A DNA stretch of 64,000 bases. Source: Desulfobacterales bacterium (GTDB lineage: Bacteria > Desulfobacterota > Desulfobacteria > Desulfobacterales > JALSRD01). A model generated the notes under the pieces. It saw only the letters and a list, made by a program, of their open reading frames with translations. It was not told the origin of the DNA and did no database searches. Each line of letters starts with the position of its first letter. Within the stretch, counting starts at the first letter, position 1. Below are positions 51,845 to 60,646 of the stretch, piece after piece. Where the stretch lies: the NCBI GenBank assembly GCA_026984935.1, contig JALSRD010000027.1, forward strand, positions 7,161 to 71,160, read 5' to 3'. The position numbers and the translations under genes were made by a program.

Positions 51845-54517
51845 ATGACACAGCACAAAGACAGCTTTGCCACGGCATCCGTACTGCAGACCGATCGTGG
51901 CGATATCACTTTTTACAGCCTGCAGAAACTGGATGCCCACGGGATCGCCGATCTTTCCCGTTTGCCGTTCAGTATTAAAATTCTCATTGAAAATCTGCTC
52001 AGAAATGAGGACGGCGATATGGTACAGGCGGAAAACATCGCCCGGCTGGCCGCCTGGCAGCCAGCGGTGCCAGAGGCTGTGGAGGTGCCTTTCATGCCGG
52101 CCAGGATTCTGCTGCAGGATTTTACGGGGGTGCCATCGGTGGTGGATATGGCGGCGCTGCGCAAGGCTGCGGCGCGGCTCTATGGTGATCCCATGCGGAT
52201 CAACCCGCGCATTCCGGCCGAACTGGTGATCGATCATTCCATTCAGGTGGATGCGTTCGGCTCCCGGCAGAGCTTTGCCATCAACGATGAACGGGATTAC
52301 CGGCGCAATGCCGAGCGGTACGCGTTCTTGCGCTGGGGCCAGAAAAGCTTCGATAATTTCCGCGTTGTACCGCCGGCTACGGGGATCTGCCATCAGGTCA
52401 ATCTGGAGTACCTGGCGCGCGTGATTTATACCGCCGATCGCGGCGGGGATACGCTGGCCTTTCCGGATACGCTGGTGGGGCTCGATTCGCACACTACCAT
52501 GATCAACGGTATCGGTGTCATGGGCTGGGGGGTCGGCGGCATCGAGGCCGAAGCGGTCATGCTGGGCCGACCCTATTACCTGCTGACGCCCCAGGTGGTG
52601 GGCGTGCGGCTGAGCGGTGAACTGCCGCCGCAGGTGACGGCCACCGATCTGGTTTTGACCATCACCCAGATGTTGAGAGAAAGCGGGGTGGTGGGCAAAT
52701 TTGTCGAATTTTTCGGGCCCGGCCTGGACGTGCTGAGCGTGGAAGACCGGGCCACCATTGCCAACATGTCACCGGAGTACGGCGCCACCATGGGCTTTTT
52801 CCCGGTGGATGCGAAAACGCTGGCCTACCTGCGCCTGACCGGCAGGCCGCAGCACTTGGTCGATCTGGTCGAAATTTACTGTAAGGCCCAGGGATTGTTC
52901 CGCACCGACACCACCCCGGATCCGATGTTCAGCCAAACCATTGAACTGGATATGGGCGACGTGCACCCATGCATGGCCGGCCCCAAACGGCCGCAGGACC
53001 GTATTTTGTTGCCCGCCATGAAGCCGGCTTTCCGGGAAGCGGTGTCAGGGGCCGCAAAAACGGCCGGCGCGCCGGTGGAACTGGGAGAGGCGCGTTTCAC
53101 GCTGCGCCACGGTGCGGTGGTGATTGCCGCCATTACCAGCTGCACCAACACGTCCAATCCTGCAGTGCTCATTGCCGCCGGCCTGCTGGCCAAGAAGGCC
53201 TGTGCGCGGGGTCTGACGGCCAAGCCCTGGGTAAAGACCAGCCTGGCACCCGGCTCCAAAGTGGTGATGCGCTACCTTCAGGCCGCCGGGCTGATGCCCT
53301 ATTTCGAACGCCTCAATTTCTTTCATGTGGCCTACGGCTGTACGACCTGTATCGGCAACAGCGGGCCGCTGCCCGACCCCATCGCTGCAGCTGTTCGGGA
53401 TCACGGCCTGTACGTGGCGGCGGTGCTTTCCGGCAACCGCAACTTCGAGGGCCGCATCAATCCGCTGACGCGTCTGAACTACCTGGCGTCACCGCCGCTG
53501 GTGGTGGCGCATGCCCTTTGCGGCCGCGTGGGCATGGATTTCGACCGTGAGCCGCTGGGAAACGACCCGGACGGCCAGCCCGTCTTTTTGCGGGACATAT
53601 GGCCGGCGGACGAGGAAGTCGCTGACGTCGTACGTTCCTTTGTGCGGCCCGAGATGTTTCAGCGGGAGTATGCCACCGTTTTCCAGGGCTCTGCACGCTG
53701 GCAGGCGCTGCCGGTCCCTGAAGGGGCGCTGTATGACTGGCAAGCGGACTCCACCTACATCAAGGAGCCGCCCTTTTTCGAGGCCGTTACCGCGCAGGTT
53801 CCCGTGCTGGAAGATATCATCGGCGCGCGGGTGCTGGCCCTTTTGGGTGACAGTATCACCACCGATCATATTTCACCGGCCGGGGCCATTGCCGCTGACA
53901 GTCCGGCCGGCGCTTACCTGATCTCCCAGGGCGTCAACCCGGTGGATTTCAACTCCTTCGGATCCCGACGCGGCAATCACGAAGTGATGGTGCGCGGCAC
54001 TTTTGCCAACATCCGTTTGCAAAATAAGCTGATTCCCGGGGTGGACGGCGGTTGGACGAGGCTTTTGCCCGAGGGTGAAAAAATGTCCATTTACGACGCC
54101 GCCGTAAAATACGCTGAACGGCGGATCCCGCTGATCGTCATGGCGGGCCAAGAGTACGGCACCGGCAGCTCCCGCGACTGGGCGGCCAAGGGCACCGCCC
54201 TGCTGGGCGTAAAAGCCGTCATCACACGCAGCTACGAACGTATCCACCGCAGCAATCTGGTCTGCATGGGTGTGCTGCCGCTGCAGTTTCTGCCCGGTGA
54301 AAGTGCCGCCGCGCTCGGGCTGGACGGCACCGAAACCTACGATATCCGGGGGATTGCCGATGATATGGCCCCGAACAAGGTCCTTGCGGTGAGTGCGCGG
54401 CGGAACGATGGCGGCCTGGTGAATTTCCGCGTGCGGGCGCGCATCGATTCGCCGGTGGAGTTGCGCTACTATCGCCATGGCGGCATCCTGAACGATGTGC
54501 TGCGAAATATCGGTTGA
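51845..54517 (+). CDS. acnA: aconitate hydratase A
   Basis: 890 aa. LPFSIKILIENLLRNEDG, ITSCTNTSNP, GCTTCIGNSG, VITRSYERIHRSNL. Confidence 0.96.
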   Translation: MTQHKDSFATASVLQTDRGDITFYSLQKLDAHGIADLSRLPFSIKILIENLLRNEDGDMVQAENIARLAAWQPAVPEAVEVPFMPARILLQDFTGVPSVVDMAALRKAAARLYGDPMRINPRIPAELVIDHSIQVDAFGSRQSFAINDERDYRRNAERYAFLRWGQKSFDNFRVVPPATGICHQVNLEYLARVIYTADRGGDTLAFPDTLVGLDSHTTMINGIGVMGWGVGGIEAEAVMLGRPYYLLTPQVVGVRLSGELPPQVTATDLVLTITQMLRESGVVGKFVEFFGPGLDVLSVEDRATIANMSPEYGATMGFFPVDAKTLAYLRLTGRPQHLVDLVEIYCKAQGLFRTDTTPDPMFSQTIELDMGDVHPCMAGPKRPQDRILLPAMKPAFREAVSGAAKTAGAPVELGEARFTLRHGAVVIAAITSCTNTSNPAVLIAAGLLAKKACARGLTAKPWVKTSLAPGSKVVMRYLQAAGLMPYFERLNFFHVAYGCTTCIGNSGPLPDPIAAAVRDHGLYVAAVLSGNRNFEGRINPLTRLNYLASPPLVVAHALCGRVGMDFDREPLGNDPDGQPVFLRDIWPADEEVADVVRSFVRPEMFQREYATVFQGSARWQALPVPEGALYDWQADSTYIKEPPFFEAVTAQVPVLEDIIGARVLALLGDSITTDHISPAGAIAADSPAGAYLISQGVNPVDFNSFGSRRGNHEVMVRGTFANIRLQNKLIPGVDGGWTRLLPEGEKMSIYDAAVKYAERRIPLIVMAGQEYGTGSSRDWAAKGTALLGVKAVITRSYERIHRSNLVCMGVLPLQFLPGESAAALGLDGTETYDIRGIADDMAPNKVLAVSARRNDGGLVNFRVRARIDSPVELRYYRHGGILNDVLRNIG

Positions 54518-54656
54518 AGCGTGGTGCTGTATGTATGCCGATGATTGGGATTCCGGGGGTAATGCCGGTACAAGAAGATGCGCATCACGTATGGGCACGG
54601 GATGTGGGTGATACCTGATGCGTTTGGAATGATTTTTAAAGGTCCTGAAACAAAAA

Positions 54657-54685
54657 CGACCTTCCGGTTGGCTGCCGGAGGGTCG
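54657..54685 (+). terminator. possible terminator hairpin downstream of acnA
   Basis: cgaccttccgg-ttggctg-ccggagggtcg forms an 11-bp stem with one G.U pair. It is followed only by a weak cttt tract. Confidence 0.35.
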
Positions 54686-54759
54686 CTTTCAGGAGGAAAA
54701 AAAAGATGAAAAAATTAGGTTACCCATAGCAACATGCAATTGCCCTGCCAAATTCCAAG

Positions 54760-54797
54760 AAAAGGCATGAAATTTTATGCAAAATTTTATGCCTTTT
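54760..54797. repeat. 9-bp-arm inverted repeat enclosing a 12-nt tandem repeat
   Basis: Arms aaaaggcat and atgcctttt. The loop contains gaaattttatgc / aaaattttatgc (54769-54792). Confidence 0.8.
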
Positions 54798-54891
54798 AAA
54801 TTCATGTGGTTATATGCTATCGAAACCTGGGGTGGCTAGGCTGGAACGCTCCCGGCGCCTGCACTTGAAGCCACTTCCGGTGGTTGCCATT

Positions 54892-54964
54892 TTAAACCCC
54901 GGGGATGCTTTTGGGTCAATTTGCTGTTTTTGCTTGCTTTTTTATCCATAGCACCGGGGTTTAA
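54892..54964. repeat. 11-bp-arm inverted repeat with a 51-nt T-rich interior
   Basis: ttaaaccccgg (54892-54902) pairs with ccggggtttaa (54954-54964). ttttaaaccc recurs at 55041-55050. Confidence 0.8.
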
Positions 54965-55121
54965 TATTTTGAACTTCTGCCCGGCCATGGGCTCAGATGT
55001 TGTATCTGTTTGTTATTAAAACTTAATTCGTGGTTCACAATTTTAAACCCGATAGCTGCCGGCAGGCCGATGACCAAAAGTGTCGGCGTACCCGTCGGAG
55101 CGGGCTGATGGATTGCAACGC

Positions 55122-55565
55122 TCAGCGCGGGCGTTTTTTTTGGGCTTGCATACGCTGAAAAGCTTCCCGCTCCGACGCCAGCTCCCGGAGCAGGCGGCGG
55201 ACCGGCCAGCGGGCTGAAGTCGGCGTGAGCGAGGCCCACAACTGTTCGGGCAGCCGTCGGCGCCGATAGGCGGAGATGACGGCGTGCAGTTCCTGTTCGG
55301 TCAAGCCGGAGAGCACCACCGCCCGTGGGGTGTCGGACGTCTGGCCCAGCCCGGAACAATGGGGCAGCTCAAGCACCTGTTCGAGCGCTTGATCCAGCTG
55401 GTCATCGGTCAGGAAGATCACCGGCGCTTCCGTGATGCCGATTTTTTCCAGCAGCTGCAGGAGCTCCGACTGCTGGTCTGCGGGCCAGCCGCAGACCAGC
55501 AGTTTACGCGGACCGTACATGCGCCTGTCGGTGGGCTTCACTTTGTTAAATGTCCCCTGGCTCAT
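55122..55565 (-). CDS. DUF3783 domain-containing protein
   Basis: ATG 55565 follows a GGAGA SD, inside ORF 55122..55682. RKLLVCGW...VIFLTDD...AVVLSGLTEQELHAVISAYRR...LWASLTPTSARWPVRRLLRELASEREAF matches my recollection of the DUF3783 pattern. Confidence 0.7.
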   Translation of the reverse strand: MSQGTFNKVKPTDRRMYGPRKLLVCGWPADQQSELLQLLEKIGITEAPVIFLTDDQLDQALEQVLELPHCSGLGQTSDTPRAVVLSGLTEQELHAVISAYRRRRLPEQLWASLTPTSARWPVRRLLRELASEREAFQRMQAQKKRPR

Positions 55566-55946
55566 TTGAGTCTCCGTATTTTCAGGTAAAGGCTGACGGA
55601 CTCGCCAAAAATCGGTTTCGAGTGGATTTCCCATTTCCCTAAAAAGGTTTGCGCCAGCGGGAAATCCGGACTTTTTACGCAATCCAAGATGGTTGGCAGC
55701 CGCTTTTCCGGCCGCCGGTTGCCGACGTCGGACCGGGCCCCGTCAGGCTGTTCAAGCGGCCCCTTTCTGCATAGTACAGCCTTTTGGTGAAATCAAGCCT
55801 GTTGCCTGGAAGCGCCTTTCATCTTGACTCCCGGCACTACGCTGCGGTACGATTGAGCGCAACGGATCAATTGAAAGCGGTAGATTACAAGACAGCCACA
55901 TACTGGCTTAAGGGGTGACTGGCTTTGCAGTCCAAAGCGGGGCAAC

Positions 55947-56153
55947 ATGGATAAAACCCGAAAATACGAATGTCCGCACTGCGGGCGGCATGTTTTTGTG
56001 GATGCCTCCGATCAGGCGGTGCCCGATTGTTGTGGTGCGCTGATGGTGCGCGCGGACCGTCTGCCGGCCTGCGGCGTATCCACAACCGCCGAGCACACGC
56101 GCGCGTTTGACGATGGTGAGCCTTGTGATGACGGTCGTGGCGGCAACTTATAG
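55947..56153 (+). CDS. desulforedoxin-like Fe(Cys)4 domain protein with Cys-containing acidic tail
   Basis: YECPHCGRHVFVDASDQAVPDCCGALMV has the CxxC...CC spacing of desulforedoxin / Dfx domain I (compare YKCELCGQVVKV...LVCCGEDMV). It is followed by the tail LPACGVSTTAEHTRAFDDGEPCDDGRG. Confidence 0.65.
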   Translation: MDKTRKYECPHCGRHVFVDASDQAVPDCCGALMVRADRLPACGVSTTAEHTRAFDDGEPCDDGRGGNL

Positions 56154-56167
56154 CCGGCTGTCAGGCA

Positions 56168-56617
56168 ATGCAGTGCATGTCGCCTGATCGGAAATCGCGG
56201 AAATATCCGGACTGCCCCCAGGTGGCGGTGGGGGCTGTGGTGTTCAAAAACGACCGTGTGCTCATGGTGCGGCGGGGCAAGCCGCCTGCCGAGGGCCTGT
56301 GGGCCATTCCCGGCGGCAGCGTCGAGCTGGGCGAAACATTGCAAAAGGCCGCGGAGCGGGAAATTTTCGAAGAAACCGGTGTGCGCATACAGGCGGCTGA
56401 ACCGGTACTGACCTTTGATGTGCTGGACCGGGATGAGGCGGGCCGTGTGCGCTTTCATTATGTGATTGTCGATTTGGCGGCCAGGTTTGTGGGAGGTGAA
56501 GTACGTGCCGGCGATGACGCCCTTGAAGCACGCTGGGTGTCGCGCCGGGCGATGGGAGACCTGGCGGTAAACCAAGTGACGCGCAAACTGTTGAAAGAAC
56601 GCTTCGCCTTTCCATGA
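56168..56617 (+). CDS. NUDIX hydrolase
   Basis: Nudix box GGSVELGETLQKAAEREIFEETGV. Confidence 0.9.
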   Translation: MQCMSPDRKSRKYPDCPQVAVGAVVFKNDRVLMVRRGKPPAEGLWAIPGGSVELGETLQKAAEREIFEETGVRIQAAEPVLTFDVLDRDEAGRVRFHYVIVDLAARFVGGEVRAGDDALEARWVSRRAMGDLAVNQVTRKLLKERFAFP

Positions 56618-56784
56618 TTGCAAACGATCGGGCTTGCCGGGTGTGAACGGTGAAGCCGTGGCGCTGCCGGCCAGGTCATTTATTTTCCAGCACGGCAGAT
56701 GGATCCCGCCGTCGGCCCGCTTTGATGGCCGTGCGCCGTGCCTGCACAAAGAAGGGGCAAACGGCCGGCAAGAGGTCGCAAAAG

Positions 56785-57357
56785 GTGCACCACGAGCGAG
56801 AAAAGTGGAACCGGAAACACCGCGACGGTGTCGGGCCGGAGGTCCCGGCGGGGATTATCGCGCGTTTTATCGACCAGGTTCCGCCGGGAAAAGCGCTGGA
56901 TATCGCCGCCGGACGCGGCAGAAACGCCCTGTACCTGGCCCGCAGGGGATTTCAAGTGGACGCGGTGGATATTTCCGATGCCGGACTGAACCTCATGGCG
57001 GCGCGTCATCCCCGCCTGCAGCGCATCTGCGCTGACTTGGATCGATTCGATATCCCTGCGGCGCGCTATCAGCTGATCATCAACATCCGCTATCTCAATC
57101 GCCGCCTGTTCCCCTACATCGTGCAGGGCCTGGCCCCCGGCGGTTTTCTGATTTTCGAAACCTTTTTGGAAAGCGGCGGGTATGGAGATGATACGGCCCG
57201 GCGGCCATCCTGCCGGGACCATCTGCTGCGGGAAAATGAACTGCTGCACGCATTTCTGCCGCTGCATGTCCGCTACTACGCGGAACACGGCGTGCGCCGC
57301 CCCAACTGGCCGGGTCCACTGGCATCCCTGGTTGCCGTGCGCAGGGTATGTCCGTGA
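56785..57357 (+). CDS. class I SAM-dependent methyltransferase (TehB-like)
   Basis: Motif I ALDIAAGRGRNALYLARRGFQVDAVDIS and post-I/II LAPGGFLIFETF. The start is uncertain: GTG 56785 with an aagagg SD is preferred, but ATG 56725 or GTG 56650 are possible. Confidence 0.82.
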   Translation: MHHEREKWNRKHRDGVGPEVPAGIIARFIDQVPPGKALDIAAGRGRNALYLARRGFQVDAVDISDAGLNLMAARHPRLQRICADLDRFDIPAARYQLIINIRYLNRRLFPYIVQGLAPGGFLIFETFLESGGYGDDTARRPSCRDHLLRENELLHAFLPLHVRYYAEHGVRRPNWPGPLASLVAVRRVCP

Positions 57358-57684
57358 CGGGGCCCAAAACCCGGAAACCGCAGAAGATGCAAACAGGAAA
57401 GGCCTTCATGCTGTGAAGGCCGGTATCGGGCATGGCCGGCTTAAAGCGGCTTTGGTAACTGATGATGCCGGGAACCCGGCCTAAGTGGCCCGATTGATAA
57501 ACACAAAGGCATTCATGCGTCAATGCATCCCATCTGGCTGTGTTGCGAAAACAACGACATATCCCGATATGCCGAAGTTTGCGCGCCTCGCCGGACGGGC
57601 GCCTTGACGGCTTCGGCGCGTCAGCCTATTTCCGGATCTGACCGCTCAGGAACCGGATGAAAAAACCTTAACGGGAGGAATAAA

Positions 57685-58185
57685 ATGAATGAAAGTGCTG
57701 GGCTCGATATTTTGAAGAGAGCGATTTTGCTGGAAAAACGTGGTGAGGCGTTTTACACCCGGATTTCAGAACAGACCGACAACGCGGCGGTGAAGGATTT
57801 TTTTCGCTTTATGGCCGAGGAAGAAACCCAGCATGTTGCCATACTCTCCGAACAGTACAAGAAGTTTCGCCAAGCAGGAAAAATCGATGCCGCCGTCCAC
57901 GACGCGCGCAACAGCGACGTCGCTTCACAGGTGTTGAACTCGGCCCTGAAGGCCAGGCTGTCCGCGGCCGGTTTTGAGGCCGCCGCCATTTCGGCCGCTA
58001 TGGCCATGGAACAGCGCGCCATTTCCCTTTACAGCCAACGGGCCCGGGAGACGGGCGACGCCGAAGAAAAAGCGCTGTATCAATGGCTGGCAACCTGGGA
58101 GGGCGAACACCTGCGTATGCTCTCTGATCTGGATCGTGAATTGACCGAAAGCGTGTGGAACGATAACCAGTTCTGGCCGTTCTGA
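57685..58185 (+). CDS. ferritin-like / rubrerythrin-type diiron four-helix-bundle protein
   Basis: 166 aa with two E...ExxH pairs (LEKRGEAFY...AEEETQH and MEQRAISLY...WEGEH). Confidence 0.75.
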   Translation: MNESAGLDILKRAILLEKRGEAFYTRISEQTDNAAVKDFFRFMAEEETQHVAILSEQYKKFRQAGKIDAAVHDARNSDVASQVLNSALKARLSAAGFEAAAISAAMAMEQRAISLYSQRARETGDAEEKALYQWLATWEGEHLRMLSDLDRELTESVWNDNQFWPF

Positions 58186-58261
58186 AGCCTGTCCCGCCTG
58201 GCCGTGTTTTCCGCGCTTTCACCTGGCGGTTGAACCGGCCGGCGGGATAAGCCATCAGTTG

Positions 58262-58290
58262 TTGACAAATGGTTATCTATGTGGTATAAT
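58262..58290 (+). promoter_or_regulatory. perfect consensus sigma-70 promoter with extended -10
   Basis: TTGACA (58262-58267), a 17-nt spacer, and TATAAT (58285-58290) preceded by TGg. It lies 68 nt upstream of the PilZ ATG. Confidence 0.6.
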
Positions 58291-58357
58291 TCATGATCAA
58301 ATTTAAGAGCTGGAAGATTGCAACCGACAAATCCGGGAAACCCTGGAAAGTGCAGGC

Positions 58358-58750
58358 ATGACCATGGAGCAAGCCTCGGGTACCTATGTTGAACGACGGT
58401 CTGAACCACGCGAGTTGCTCAACCTTTACCATAGTGTGGAATTTTGTTTTCGCGAGCCGGGGCCGATTTATCAGTTCAAACTCAGGAATGTATCGTCCCG
58501 CGGCCTGTGCATTCTCGTGAAGGAGAATTCCGCCGTCATGCAACAGCTGCAGGTCGGCGATATCATCGACATGCAGTATCGGACGCCTGAAACGCCGACG
58601 CTGGCCAATGCCCTTAAAACGCGTATCCGGCATATTTCCCGGGAAGGATCGGGGCGTTACAAACACCATTTCCTGGTTGGGCTATCGGTCGTGGAAGAAG
58701 GTGAACAGGATGCCACCGACGGCGGAAATGGCGGCGCTCATAAGAAATAG
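58358..58750 (+). CDS. PilZ domain protein (c-di-GMP receptor type)
   Basis: RRSEPR (RxxxR) and NVSSRG ((D/N)xSxxG) motifs are present at the proper spacing. Confidence 0.8.
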   Translation: MTMEQASGTYVERRSEPRELLNLYHSVEFCFREPGPIYQFKLRNVSSRGLCILVKENSAVMQQLQVGDIIDMQYRTPETPTLANALKTRIRHISREGSGRYKHHFLVGLSVVEEGEQDATDGGNGGAHKK

Positions 58751-59824
58751 CGACGGCAGACCCATGGATTTGTATAAAAAGCCGTTTGCGAAAAAGCTGA
58801 CCATCAGGCCCAGGCCGTAACTGACGGCATTGTTGATGGCCTGGCCCGTGGTTTTGGCCCCTGTCGGGGTCAAAACGTCGATATACAGAATGCTGGCCAT
58901 GTGGAATGCGGCATAGGTGGCGGCATGCAGGAGCTGGGAAAAAAGAATAAAACCCGCCGATGGGGTCCAGAAAAGTATCAGCCAGCGCAGGGCGGCCACC
59001 AGAAAAGAAATCGACAGGATACGCTCCAGGGAAAAGTACCCGAAAAGGCGGTCTGATGAAATCATGACCAGGATTTCGGCAGCCGAAGCCAGGGCCCAGC
59101 AGAACCCGATGAAGGTGCCGCTGTAGCCGAGGTTGTCCAGATGAATGGAGAAAAAGCCATAGTACGTGCCGTGGCTGGCCAGCATTAGAAATGCACTGAC
59201 AAGAAAAATGACCATGCGGTAGGTGAAGAGCCGGCCCAGCGAAAAGCGGTCGGCTTTTCTTTTTCTTCCAGCGGCTGCCGGGATGCGAAGGGCAACGATG
59301 GCCTGAAGCAGGGAGCCGACTAGGATTAAAGCCACGGTGATGCGCACCGAATAGAGGCTGATCACTTTGCCCATCAGCAGCGTGACCAGGATAAAGCTCA
59401 TCGATCCCCAGGCGCGGATCTTCCCGTAACGCGCCCGCCCCTTCCCCAGCATTTCCATGGTGACGGCTTCCAAAAACGAGATGAGCGGTGCATAGAAGAG
59501 GCCGTAAACGGCCGTGATCACCAGCATGGTCCAGAAGTCTGCGGTAAAGAGGAGCAGCGACCAGACCAGCGTGCTGCTGAAATTGCAGAAGATATAGATG
59601 GGTCTGCGCAGTGCGTAGCGATCCGCCAGAAGGCCCCACAGCAGCGGGAAGACGACCAGTGTCACCGTGCGGGTCGCTGAGAGAGCGCCGATCTGGGACC
59701 CGCTGAAGTTCAGGCGGTAGCAGTAGAGGTTGAAATAGGGCAGATAGATCCCCATTACGCCGAAGTAGATGAAATACTGGGCGTTGACGATCCGCTCACT
59801 GGGATTGACGGCTGCGGCGCACAT
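58682..59824 (-). CDS. MFS transporter (MFS_1_like / HcaT-type)
   Basis: 380 aa, about 12 TM helices, N-terminal YFIYFGVMGIYLPYFNLYCYRLNFSGSQIG. Confidence 0.85.
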   Translation of the reverse strand: MCAAAVNPSERIVNAQYFIYFGVMGIYLPYFNLYCYRLNFSGSQIGALSATRTVTLVVFPLLWGLLADRYALRRPIYIFCNFSSTLVWSLLLFTADFWTMLVITAVYGLFYAPLISFLEAVTMEMLGKGRARYGKIRAWGSMSFILVTLLMGKVISLYSVRITVALILVGSLLQAIVALRIPAAAGRKRKADRFSLGRLFTYRMVIFLVSAFLMLASHGTYYGFFSIHLDNLGYSGTFIGFCWALASAAEILVMISSDRLFGYFSLERILSISFLVAALRWLILFWTPSAGFILFSQLLHAATYAAFHMASILYIDVLTPTGAKTTGQAINNAVSYGLGLMVSFFANGFLYKSMGLPSLFLMSAAISAVGGILFTFFHDR

Positions 59825-60012
59825 AGCGCCGTCATACGGTATTTACAACCAAAAGGCAATTGTCGGAACCACACGGTTCCGGCTGGGCTGGGTTTCAGGA
59901 AGGTCGCCGGGGTATATCACTCTTCGCCTGCGCATGCGGCACCACGCAAGTTTACTGCCATGCGGGAGAACGTGGCGCCCGGTTCGACGAAGAAAGGGCC
60001 ATGCCGGAAGGG

Positions 60013-60462
60013 CTATTCCGCGACTTCGATATTGACCTGTCGCGGCCGGTCGGCTTCCGTTCCGGGAACGTACACTTCAAGAACGCCGTCTTTGAATTTG
60101 GCGCTGACCTTTTCAGGTCGAACGCGATACTGCAGTGTGAAGACGCGGCAAAACGGCCCGAAGCAGCGTTCTTTGCGCAGGTAGCGATCCCCGGGAATTT
60201 CGCTGTCGGCCAGGCGCCGGCCTTTCAGTGTCAGTACGTTTTCCCGCAGTTCAACGGATAAATCCTCCTTGCGCACGCCGGGCACCTCAGCCGTGATCAC
60301 GATACCGTCATCAGTTTCGTATATGTCCACCGGCGGTTTCCAGGTGCAGGCCGTATCGGCGTACAGGTCGCCCACCTTGGCAACAGAATCGTCAAACACA
60401 CGGTTTATGCGGTCCTGCAGGGCCGCGATATTGCGAAACGGGTCCCACCTGGCCTGGGTCAT
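60013..60462 (-). CDS. Hsp20/alpha-crystallin small heat-shock protein
   Basis: ATG 60462 follows a GAGGAGG SD, inside ORF 60013..60786. MTQARWDPFRNIAALQDRINRVFDD...PPVDIYETDDGIVITAEVPGVRKEDLSVEL...KFKDGVLEVYVP. Confidence 0.92.
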   Translation of the reverse strand: MTQARWDPFRNIAALQDRINRVFDDSVAKVGDLYADTACTWKPPVDIYETDDGIVITAEVPGVRKEDLSVELRENVLTLKGRRLADSEIPGDRYLRKERCFGPFCRVFTLQYRVRPEKVSAKFKDGVLEVYVPGTEADRPRQVNIEVAE

Positions 60463-60507
60463 GGCGCCTCCTCGCGTGACGCTGCTGGGGTTGGAATCTA
60501 AGCTAAT

Positions 60508-60540
60508 CACAAGGCCCGGCTTGTCAAGCCGGGCCTTGTG
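60508..60540. promoter_or_regulatory. 33-bp perfect palindrome in the divergent hsp20 intergenic region
   Basis: cacaaggcccggcttg-t-caagccgggccttgtg, read directly. It embeds TTGACA on the minus strand and TTGTCA on the plus strand. Confidence 0.7.
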
Positions 60541-60646
60541 CGGCTTTGCTCCATCTGATTCCTTTACAAATCCGCCTGCAGATGCTACTTTCTCCATAGT
60601 CAAGCAAGCCCCCTGAAAGTCATGTTTCCAATCACAGGAGTTAACA

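Noticed and set aside
54706-54729. A 7-codon ORF (MKKLGYP) with a perfect AGGAGG SD
   Set aside because: It is not listed as a CDS feature because 7 codons cannot be supported from sequence alone. It is kept as an observation inside the AT-rich island finding.
54961-55359. A 132-aa minus-strand ORF overlapping the DUF3783 gene 3' end and the AT-rich island
   Set aside because: It is out of frame with the well-supported DUF3783 reading and has no SD. Its product is Pro/Gly/Ala/Arg-rich, consistent with an off-frame artefact.
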